From contig CAWVRN010000001.1 in the NCBI GenBank assembly GCA_963932905.1, forward strand, positions 96,001-160,000: a stretch of 64,000 bases of DNA. The letters run 5' to 3'. The translations under genes were made by a program, and so were the position numbers. The notes beneath the pieces are model-generated. The model was not told the DNA's origin. It ran no database searches and was given only the letters and a program-made list of their open reading frames with translations. The DNA comes from an uncultured Bdellovibrio sp. Lineage in GTDB: Bacteria; Bdellovibrionota; Bdellovibrionia; Bdellovibrionales; Bdellovibrionaceae. Within the stretch, counting starts at the first letter, position 1. Each line of letters begins with the position of its first letter. Shown here in pieces: positions 49,818 through 57,922 of this stretch.

Positions 49818-49967
49818 TTGTTCTGCACAGAACTCCATAGAGTTCTGTAACTACTAAAGGTGGCAAAGAAATCTACGGATTTATTTGCCAGCACACAAAA
49901 ATAAAAAATGCTTTTTATGGATAAAAGGCATTTATGACAGGGATGTCGCCATTCTTGTCCCTTTTTT
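49813..49967 (+). ncRNA. Candidate structured RNA with CsrA-type ANGGA sites, ending in a terminator
   Basis: Four consecutive hairpins; ACGGAT, ATGGAT and AGGGAT motifs; C(UACG)G tetraloop; final 10-bp stem followed by CCTTTTTT. Confidence 0.5.
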
Positions 49968-50113
49968 CTAGACTTTACGTCAGCAGAATCAGCTCAAATC
50001 ATATAAAATCAGGTCCTTAGATAGCAAAAAACTCTTAAAGCCGAACGGTTTTCAATCCGAATATTTGTGTAAGAAAATCGTACAGAAAAATCGTACATAT
50101 AAAGGGTGCTGAT

Positions 50114-52552
50114 ATGAGTTTTGATGATAGAAGCGGAAACGGTGGATCTTACAAAGACGATAAAACTATCGATATACCACCAACTCTTCCCATGTTGCCG
50201 GTCCGTGATTTTGTTGTGTTTCCTTACATGATTATTCCGCTCGTTGTTGGGCGCGAGTCATCAATTCGTTCAGTCGAGGAAGCCCTTTCAAAAAATAGAC
50301 TAATCTTCTTAGTATCTCAAAAAGATCTTAATGAAGAAAACCCAAATCCAGATTCGATCTATACTGTCGGAACTATCGCGATGATCATGCGCATGAAAAA
50401 AGTTCCAGATGGTCAAATCAGAATCCTAATTCAAGGTGTGGCCAAAGGCCGTATCAAGAACTACGCAAAAACAAATCCAAATTTTGAAGTTGCTGTAGAA
50501 AAAATTGAAGACTTACGAACGACATCTCCAACGGAGAATGAAGTTCTAATGCAAAAAGCTAAAGAGCGTATCGAAAAAATTATTTCTTTAGGTAAAACAT
50601 TATTACCAGACATCTTGTTAGTATTAGATGATTTACAAGATCCAGGTAAAGGTGCTGATTTAATCGCAGCTAACCTTGGTATCAAGGTCACTGAAGCTCA
50701 GAAAGTAATTGAAACAACAGATGCTAAAGAAAGAATGCAATTGGTATTAGACTTTTTGAATTCTGAAATTGAAGCACTTCAATTACAAAATAAAGCTAAA
50801 GGTGGCAAAGAAGACACTCCAAAAACAACTCGTGATCAATTCTTTAAAGATCAAATGAAAGCGATCAAAAATGAATTGGGCGAAAATGATTCTAAATCTG
50901 AAGAGATCGAAGAACTTCGCGAAAAAATCAACACGGTTGGAATGCCTAAGACAGTGTTAACTGAAGCTCTAAAACAGCTTCACCGTTTAGAACGTATGCA
51001 CCCAGATGCTTCTGAAGCAACAATGGTTCGCACGTACCTAGACTGGATGGTTGATCTTCCGTGGGCAAAAAAATCTGACGATTCTATTGATTTAAATAGA
51101 TCAAAAGAAGTTCTTGATGAAGATCATCATGAATTACAAAAAGCAAAAGATCGCGTACTAGAATTTTTAGCGGTACGTAAACTTAAAAATAATATGAAAG
51201 GTCCTATCTTGTGTTTCGCGGGGCCTCCAGGAGTAGGTAAAACGTCTCTTGGTAAATCGATCGCTCGCGCAATGAACCGTGAATATCATCGCATCGCCCT
51301 TGGTGGTGTGAAAGATGAAGCGGAAATTCGTGGTCACCGTAGAACATACGTTGGCGCTATGCCAGGAAAAATTGTTCAAGCTTTACGCCAAGTAAAAACA
51401 AACAATCCAGTACTTGTGCTAGATGAAATCGATAAATTAGGCAGTGATTTTAGAGGCGATCCGTCAGCAGCGATGCTTGAAGTTTTGGACCCTGAACAAA
51501 ATGCTACATTCCGTGATAACTATTTGAATGTGGACTTCGATTTAAGCAACGCTCTATTTATTGCAACGGCCAATGTTCTTGAGAATATTCCGCCAGCATT
51601 AAGAGATCGTATGGAAATCATCCAAATCCCGGGTTACACAGAAAATGATAAATTATTAATTTCTAAAAAGCACTTAATCCGTCGCCAATTAGAGAACAAT
51701 GGTCTTGAAGCTCATCAAGTGACATTCACTGATGAAGGTTTAAAGTACCTAATTTCAGGTTACACTCGCGAAGCGGGTCTGCGTAACTTAGAAAGAGAAA
51801 TCGGTTCGGTTTGCCGTAAGATCGCGAAAATGGTGGTAATGAATGAAGTTACTCATTTCGAAGTGAACGCAACAACGGTTCCAGAATTGTTAGGCGCTCC
51901 TAAGTTCTTACGTGAAGATAAACTTGAAGATTCGCAAGTCGGTATCGTTCAAGGTTTAGCTTGGACACAAGCCGGTGGCGAAGTTCTACAGATCGAAGCA
52001 CTTAAAATGAAAGGTAAAGGTCACCTGGCTCTTACTGGTCAATTAGGTGATGTAATGAAAGAGTCAGCTCACGCAGCAATGTCTTACTGTAAAGCTCATA
52101 TGGATGAACTTGGTATCCCAGAAGATTTCTTTGAAAGATACGACATTCACGTTCACTTGCCAGCAGGCGCTATCCCGAAAGATGGTCCTTCAGCAGGTAT
52201 CGCGATGACAACAGCATTGATCAGCTTGATGACAGACACTCCAGTACGTCACGACTTTGCAATGACTGGTGAAGTAACTCTACAAGGTAAAGTACTTCCG
52301 GTTGGTGGTATCAGAGAAAAATGTTTGGCCGCGCTAAATCAAGGTATCACGAATATCGTAATTCCTTTAGCGAACCAAAAAGATCTTTCTGATATTCCAA
52401 AAGTATTCAAAGATAAAATCAACTTTATCTTGGCAGAAAACTTAGACGAAGTGTTCACTGTAGCACTCGATAAATCAGCCAAGGGTAAAGTGAAAAAGAC
52501 CGAAGGCAAAACTGGTAAAAAGGCGAAAACGTCTTCATCAGCAGCAGCTTAA
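50114..52552 (+). CDS. lon: ATP-dependent Lon protease
   Basis: LPMLPVRDFVVFP N-domain, GPPGVGKTS, LDEIDK, PKDGPSAG catalytic Ser. Confidence 0.97.
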   Translation: MSFDDRSGNGGSYKDDKTIDIPPTLPMLPVRDFVVFPYMIIPLVVGRESSIRSVEEALSKNRLIFLVSQKDLNEENPNPDSIYTVGTIAMIMRMKKVPDGQIRILIQGVAKGRIKNYAKTNPNFEVAVEKIEDLRTTSPTENEVLMQKAKERIEKIISLGKTLLPDILLVLDDLQDPGKGADLIAANLGIKVTEAQKVIETTDAKERMQLVLDFLNSEIEALQLQNKAKGGKEDTPKTTRDQFFKDQMKAIKNELGENDSKSEEIEELREKINTVGMPKTVLTEALKQLHRLERMHPDASEATMVRTYLDWMVDLPWAKKSDDSIDLNRSKEVLDEDHHELQKAKDRVLEFLAVRKLKNNMKGPILCFAGPPGVGKTSLGKSIARAMNREYHRIALGGVKDEAEIRGHRRTYVGAMPGKIVQALRQVKTNNPVLVLDEIDKLGSDFRGDPSAAMLEVLDPEQNATFRDNYLNVDFDLSNALFIATANVLENIPPALRDRMEIIQIPGYTENDKLLISKKHLIRRQLENNGLEAHQVTFTDEGLKYLISGYTREAGLRNLEREIGSVCRKIAKMVVMNEVTHFEVNATTVPELLGAPKFLREDKLEDSQVGIVQGLAWTQAGGEVLQIEALKMKGKGHLALTGQLGDVMKESAHAAMSYCKAHMDELGIPEDFFERYDIHVHLPAGAIPKDGPSAGIAMTTALISLMTDTPVRHDFAMTGEVTLQGKVLPVGGIREKCLAALNQGITNIVIPLANQKDLSDIPKVFKDKINFILAENLDEVFTVALDKSAKGKVKKTEGKTGKKAKTSSSAAA

Positions 52553-52590
52553 AGTTTTAGATTTTAGACTGTAAATTTTGAAATTATTTA

Positions 52591-52623
52591 AATAGGACGC
52601 TGATAAAGCGTCCTATTCTTTTT
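52591..52623. terminator. Bidirectional terminator between lon and C1 peptidase
   Basis: Perfect 11-bp stem AATAGGACGCT/AGCGTCCTATT followed by a T-run. Confidence 0.75.
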
Positions 52624-53701
52624 CTCGACGATAATAAGTGACATCATGAATGGTGCGCAAAAATATGGAGTCTGGCACCCAGACATAGCCTGTTTTAGGA
52701 TCACATTTTCCTTTTAATTCTGGATTTGTATAGGAAGCGCAGCTCGCTCCCCACGAATTTCTAAGTTTTAACTCACACTGACCATTATGCCACCGACGAC
52801 CCACAATTCCCGACGCATGCAGACCCGCTTTTTTATATTTTTCAGATTTAGGGTCATAAAAAATTCGCGTGTTATAACTAAATGCTACGAAATTTTTATT
52901 ACCTATCTCTTCATGAACTTCCTTCATCAAATCTCGCCGGCCAAGTGCTGCAATCGTTTCTTTTTTTCTACCCTCAGCGATAAAAGGTATGACGTTATTT
53001 AGTCCGTTAGAAAAAACCCACGGAATGAAATTTTTTAAACCCTCTGTGAAATACCACTGTGGTCTAAGATTTAAAACGGGTTTCACTCGAATCATGTAGG
53101 GTCTACATAAACTCTGCGCTAAGTTTCGGGGAAAAGTTTTAACCGAGGACATTTCTAAGAGCTTTATCAACTGGTCGTCAGAAAGCAAATTGATATAACT
53201 TTTTGAATTTCGGTAAACTTCGAGTTCTTTAAACTCAGGCGTATTAGATTTTTGCCTCTGTTCGTCATAAGCCTTCTTCAGTTCAACAAGGGCAGTAATT
53301 TGTTCGCGAATTGACTTATATGGACTTTTCTTAAGAGCTTCATCTTGAAATGCTTGAGGGCAAATTCCCGCAAATTCCGAGAAAATAACTGCCGGTGTAA
53401 TATATCCCGCGTCTTCGTTCGGATCCAAATACAATGTAAACTGATTAAAGGTGAGCGCGACGAATCCCGCTGAAGCTTGTTTTCCACCTAATTCGTTTTT
53501 GTGGCGAAATGTTAACAAATCCGCAGCAACATTTGCGTAACACCAACCGATATTTCCTTGATTTCTGACGGCACCCAGTTGTGGAGAAATATCCACCGTT
53601 GTGCAATCCCGTTCGTCTAAAGTTTGGTCAGCGTACACAAATTCGGTAGACAGAAGAGTCAAAACGTAAGCTAAAATGCATATAATTCGTTTGAGTTCCA
53701 T
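52613..53701 (-). CDS. Secreted papain-like (C1) cysteine peptidase
   Basis: Signal peptide; VRNQGNIGWCYA (oxyanion Gln, catalytic Cys), LHASGIVG, LRNSWG. Confidence 0.85.
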   Translation of the reverse strand: MELKRIICILAYVLTLLSTEFVYADQTLDERDCTTVDISPQLGAVRNQGNIGWCYANVAADLLTFRHKNELGGKQASAGFVALTFNQFTLYLDPNEDAGYITPAVIFSEFAGICPQAFQDEALKKSPYKSIREQITALVELKKAYDEQRQKSNTPEFKELEVYRNSKSYINLLSDDQLIKLLEMSSVKTFPRNLAQSLCRPYMIRVKPVLNLRPQWYFTEGLKNFIPWVFSNGLNNVIPFIAEGRKKETIAALGRRDLMKEVHEEIGNKNFVAFSYNTRIFYDPKSEKYKKAGLHASGIVGRRWHNGQCELKLRNSWGASCASYTNPELKGKCDPKTGYVWVPDSIFLRTIHDVTYYRREKE

Positions 53702-53713
53702 AACCAACTATAG

Positions 53714-53729
53714 AGCAAATCGATTACCA
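53714..53729 (-). promoter_or_regulatory. Putative sigma54 promoter TGGTAATCGATTTGCT
   Basis: GG-N10-GC spacing with TTGCT; the -12 C is 14 nt before ATG 53701. Confidence 0.5.
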
Positions 53730-54482
53730 GTTTTTCTTTAATCTATCGTTCTCAGACTCTAGGACTTTTACTAATGTTTTAAGGTCAGACACTTCTTCTT
53801 TCAAGATCATCATTTGCTCTTCTTTTTCTTGAAGTATCTGCGTGTAGGCTTTTTTCAATTCGTTCAGAAGTTTATTCGCTGCTGTTAAGACGGGTTCATT
53901 AGTACCAATTTTTGAAATTTTATCTGAGAATTCGCGTAACGTTGGGTTTTCAAATTCAGCGGTGTGAGTTTCTACTTTTTCAATCGGAGCTGGGGCTGCC
54001 GGCTGTCTTTCTCTGCGAAAGAAATATTCCTCGTCGATATTAATTGCCGCTTGCGGACGCAGCGTTTGTTGCTGCTGTTGCTGTTGGCTGATTATACCTT
54101 GCTGCATTTTTACTTGCGGCAATTTTGCGTTCGCCGATTTTTTCAAGTTTTCTAAAAAGTCAGGATTGTAAGCTTGCTGTGACATCGGAGTCACAACCGG
54201 CTGCTGACGATTTGAATACATTTTTTCAGTTTCAATTGGCTCTGACGCCGTATCAAGATCATTTAGAATTTCATCATCGAAGATCAAATCTGAACTCATA
54301 CCATCAAGAGAATTTAGGGAGGGGCCGCTCTTGATTGTATTTTTAATTGGTTCATCGAAAATGAAATACTTACCATCTTGAAAATGATACTTAATATCAT
54401 CGGCTTTGATTCTTCGTCTCAATGTCGAAACACTGATTTTGTATTTCGAAGAATAATCTGTCAGTGGTAGCCAAGTTTCCAT
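53724..54482 (-). CDS. Hypothetical protein: N-terminal excisionase/MerR-like HTH, disordered Gln-rich linker, C-terminal coiled coil
   Basis: METWLPLTDYSSKYKISVSTLRRRIK; QQQQQQQ; LKEEVSDLKTLVKVLESENDRLKK; start moved to ATG 54482. Confidence 0.7.
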   Translation of the reverse strand: METWLPLTDYSSKYKISVSTLRRRIKADDIKYHFQDGKYFIFDEPIKNTIKSGPSLNSLDGMSSDLIFDDEILNDLDTASEPIETEKMYSNRQQPVVTPMSQQAYNPDFLENLKKSANAKLPQVKMQQGIISQQQQQQQTLRPQAAINIDEEYFFRRERQPAAPAPIEKVETHTAEFENPTLREFSDKISKIGTNEPVLTAANKLLNELKKAYTQILQEKEEQMMILKEEVSDLKTLVKVLESENDRLKKNW

Positions 54483-54508
54483 TCGTTTTCCTAGTATGCC
54501 TCTTAAAA

Positions 54509-54701
54509 CCCTTAGTTTGTTAGTTGCCCTGATTAGAGAGATTTCAAACAAGCAAACAAAACTCGAAATTATTTCTCATTTTGTTTGCTTGTCTCTGTAA
54601 TCTGACCCGGCAGAGAACATTATGTTCGTCCTTGGGCCAATTTAGCGGTTAGGCAACTAACCTAACAAGAGTAGCCAGTTTGGTGATGTGGCTAGTCTTA
54701 C
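54509..54701 (-). ncRNA. Candidate highly structured 5' leader RNA (cis-regulatory element or sRNA)
   Basis: Five nested or adjacent helices, G-U pairs favouring the minus strand; begins at the predicted TSS. Confidence 0.55.
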
Positions 54702-54706
54702 ATTCG

Positions 54707-54735
54707 ACCATATAAAACCGACTATCCGGTGTCAA
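54707..54735 (-). promoter_or_regulatory. sigma70 promoter TTGACA-N17-TATGGT
   Basis: -35 at 54735-54730, -10 at 54712-54707; predicted +1 near 54701. Confidence 0.7.
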
Positions 54736-54834
54736 ACCATGGGTGAATAATCTTTGGATATCTGGTGAAATCTACACCTAGGGCCTGAATAGCTATTGAT
54801 TATTCCGGCCTCCAAGGCTTTAATTTACCTTAAC

Positions 54835-56031
54835 TTGAATATTCGAATACGGAACAAAAAGAAAATAGGATTGGTATTAAGTGGTGGTGGCATCAAGGCC
54901 GCAGCCTACCATATGGGTGTTTGCCTGGCTTTAAAGGCAAAGGGATTTCATTTTGCCGGCGGATCTAAGAAATTGCTTAAAAACAAAAAGCGACCTGATC
55001 TGACTATCCAGCTTTATGTGGGCTCCAGCGCTGGTGCCTTTGTTAGCACGGTGCTCGCCGCTGGCTATCCAATCGAAGCCTTGATCACTGCCTTCCAGGT
55101 TGGCCTAGGCGTCAGTCCTGAGTATTCAAATCAAGACTTCCGAATACTCACCCCTTTAACTTATAGACGCATCTTTGATATCAATAGTGCTAGCTTACTC
55201 AACTTTATGCCGAAGCAGTTTTTGACTAAGTCCCTGGTTACCGGGGGTCTAGAAATGTTGATAAAAAATGGATTCAAGGTGAACGGTCTATTCACCACCA
55301 AAGGTGTCGAGAAATATCTTCGCCAATATGTGCTCATCGAGAACGACTTTGCCTCGTTAGATCCAGAATTATACATCGTAGCCACACAGCTAAACCACTC
55401 AAGGAAGGTTATCTTCGGGAATTTCCAAGAGAATTTGCAAACTCCATCAACTAAACAGATTAACTATGCTTCGATCAGTGAAGCGGTGGCGGCCAGCACC
55501 TCGCTGCCCCCCATTTTCTCTCCATATAACTTGCCCAATCTAAAGGGTGAAGAGCGTTATTACTATGATGGTGAAATTCGAGAGACTTTGTCCGCCCATA
55601 TCGCCGCTGATCAGGGATGTGATCTGGTGATTTCGTCATTTTCGATGCAGCCCTACCATTACAACGATGAAATCGGCAGTTTGCATAAATATGGAATTCC
55701 CGTGATTTTAAATCAGGCTCTTTACCAGGTCTTAGAACAGAAGACTCACAAACATATCGAATGGCAAAATACTTTGCGCCATATACACAAGACGATCGAT
55801 ACCTATTTTAAATCTAATAACCTTCCCGACGAAGACCGCGTTAGACTTTTAGAAATTTTCAATCAAAGGTTCAATCATAATTCAGAAACCGATTATATTC
55901 ATATTACCCCTAGACCCCAAAACTATGAAATGTTCATGGTTGACCACTTTAGCTTAAGCCCCAAAATCCTCGAAAGGATCGTACGTATTGGATTTAAGTC
56001 GGGTATAAATGCCCTTCGTAAACACCTATAA
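54835..56031 (+). CDS. Patatin-like phospholipase
   Basis: LVLSGGGIKA oxyanion motif, GSSAG nucleophile, ASTSLP, YYDGE; start uncertain (TTG 54835 or 54796). Confidence 0.9.
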   Translation: MNIRIRNKKKIGLVLSGGGIKAAAYHMGVCLALKAKGFHFAGGSKKLLKNKKRPDLTIQLYVGSSAGAFVSTVLAAGYPIEALITAFQVGLGVSPEYSNQDFRILTPLTYRRIFDINSASLLNFMPKQFLTKSLVTGGLEMLIKNGFKVNGLFTTKGVEKYLRQYVLIENDFASLDPELYIVATQLNHSRKVIFGNFQENLQTPSTKQINYASISEAVAASTSLPPIFSPYNLPNLKGEERYYYDGEIRETLSAHIAADQGCDLVISSFSMQPYHYNDEIGSLHKYGIPVILNQALYQVLEQKTHKHIEWQNTLRHIHKTIDTYFKSNNLPDEDRVRLLEIFNQRFNHNSETDYIHITPRPQNYEMFMVDHFSLSPKILERIVRIGFKSGINALRKHL

Positions 56032-56128
56032 ACCTAAATTTTATCGTTTCTTTATAAGCCCTTAGGTCATTCTTTCAAATACCCAATTTCCTATTGCGAG
56101 ATTTATCAAAAATGCTAAAACCCTAGGC

Positions 56129-57385
56129 ATGATTAAAATTATCGCACTTTTTATCACTGGTATTTTTGCGTTTTCAACCTACGCTCAACAAAATCCCTGC
56201 TTAGATATCAAAACCATTCGCACGGTTAAAGTGCCTTGGGATCCAACGAAACCAAAATCACCTACGTTTGATTTTCGATTTAAATATGAAATAGTTAATC
56301 CGCTAGCCCCTACGGTTGTTGTGATCCCTGGTGGACCTGGCCAAACGTCGATATCTCCTACTGGTCAACTTCCTCTGGGTGCCGTACCTGCTGGTTACAA
56401 TAAAATCTATACCGATCCTCGTAGCCAAGGTTGCAACTACGCCATTGAATCGAATGTTTTAGCTCAGTACCTAAAAACGGAATACGTAGTAAATGATATT
56501 TTCTTGGCCTTAAAATCCGTGAATCTAAAAAACTATATTATTTATGGCGCTTCATACGGAACCGTTGTTGCGACTCAATTAGTTAAGAAAATTGAAGCCG
56601 AGAAGTTTGAATTACCGACGGCTTTAGTTTTAGAAGGCACCGTTGGTAAAAAATTTGATAACTTTGATTCGTATTTTTATTTCTTTCAATACGAATGGGA
56701 TAAAGTTTTTAAACAACTTCCTCCTCGTTGGAAAAATTATTTTCAAACTGGTAAAAACGAAATGGCATTCAGTAAGTCTGAATGGGCCTCATTAATTACA
56801 AGTGATCTAATTATTGGCGATATTCCAGACGCTCCTGTAAAAGGTCAGTTCTTACTCTACCATCTACATTTACTTGAGCTCTATTTTGCAAAAAAAGTTT
56901 CCGCTAAAGACCAACTTATGTTGAGTTCCATGTTTGCCAAATTAAAAGATCCACAATTTCCTAATTTATTTTTTCGAATGATCGGTTGTGGAGAATTATG
57001 GGGTGATTGGTATTACGGCCGCAGCTTAGAAAATGGTCGCCTCAGCAGAACCGGAAAAAATGTCTGTGAAGGTATTGATTACAAAAAACCTTATGATGCA
57101 GCTAAATTTCTAATTCCCGAATCCGTTCCTGTTTATTACTTCCAAGGTGCGAACGATCCATCAACACCATTAAATACAGCACTTTACCATTTTGCTGTTC
57201 AACGTAAAACAAATCGGCAATTTTTTACTGTTACCGGGGCAGCACACGCACCGCTAACTAGTAGCTTGCGTTCTTGTGCTGATGAAATCTGGCCTTCAAT
57301 ATATGCCCAACGTGCTTTAGGCCGCGAATTTGCTACTTGTCCAAGACAAACAGTCCTTACCTCAAAACAGGCTAATCAGGACTAG
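56129..57385 (+). CDS. Secreted alpha/beta-fold hydrolase (proline iminopeptidase/S33-like)
   Basis: Signal peptide; PGGPG, DPRSQG, GASYG, NDPSTP, GAAH. Confidence 0.8.
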   Translation: MIKIIALFITGIFAFSTYAQQNPCLDIKTIRTVKVPWDPTKPKSPTFDFRFKYEIVNPLAPTVVVIPGGPGQTSISPTGQLPLGAVPAGYNKIYTDPRSQGCNYAIESNVLAQYLKTEYVVNDIFLALKSVNLKNYIIYGASYGTVVATQLVKKIEAEKFELPTALVLEGTVGKKFDNFDSYFYFFQYEWDKVFKQLPPRWKNYFQTGKNEMAFSKSEWASLITSDLIIGDIPDAPVKGQFLLYHLHLLELYFAKKVSAKDQLMLSSMFAKLKDPQFPNLFFRMIGCGELWGDWYYGRSLENGRLSRTGKNVCEGIDYKKPYDAAKFLIPESVPVYYFQGANDPSTPLNTALYHFAVQRKTNRQFFTVTGAAHAPLTSSLRSCADEIWPSIYAQRALGREFATCPRQTVLTSKQANQD

Positions 57386-57503
57386 CTATATTGAATATGG
57401 CTTTTTAGCCGGGGTCAAAATGGACATATTTATATGTCGTTTTTTTGTTCATTGAGGCGACTGTGGTTTGGGATTACAAATAGTTCTACTGTCAGGGGCA
57501 TTT

Positions 57504-57848
57504 ATGAAGTTGATCACATCGTTGTTTCTAGCTCTTCCTCTGTTTTCTATGGCTCAAGAAAAATCAGTGCTAAGCTGCTTGAGCCCAGGTCATACATTTA
57601 TCATTAAACAAACATTACGTTCGCGGCCAACAGAACCGAAACAATTGGTGGGAACCCTATCAACGGCGTCACGCAAACCACAAGTTCTAGATTGCACAGA
57701 GAAAAACACCGGCTACGTTTGTAAAAAAGGTGATTTCGTTGCTAAGGTTCTGCGCGGATCAGTGACTGGGCGAACTATTGTTCAACTAGAACTTGAAGGT
57801 GAATACGATGTGGAAAGCGGTTATATTGGCACAATCTATTGCCGATAA
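57504..57848 (+). CDS. Small secreted Cys-containing hypothetical protein
   Basis: AGGGG SD, signal peptide MKLITSLFLALPLFSMA, four Cys. Confidence 0.7.
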   Translation: MKLITSLFLALPLFSMAQEKSVLSCLSPGHTFIIKQTLRSRPTEPKQLVGTLSTASRKPQVLDCTEKNTGYVCKKGDFVAKVLRGSVTGRTIVQLELEGEYDVESGYIGTIYCR

Positions 57849-57864
57849 TTTATTTTTCAGGTGA

Positions 57865-57898
57865 TAAAAAAGCCCACTCTTTTAACGTGGGCTTTTTA
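57865..57898. terminator. Bidirectional Rho-independent terminator
   Basis: AAAAAGCCCAC/GTGGGCTTTTT between convergent genes. Confidence 0.85.
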
Positions 57899-57922
57899 TA
57901 TTAGTTACATTTATAATTGTAA

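Noticed and set aside
54509..54701. Structured region as 6S RNA, SRP RNA, tmRNA or a c-di-GMP-I riboswitch
   Set aside because: It is branched rather than a rod with a central bubble; no SRP GGAA loop motif, tRNA-like ends or GCAAA/GAAA c-di-GMP-I signature were found.
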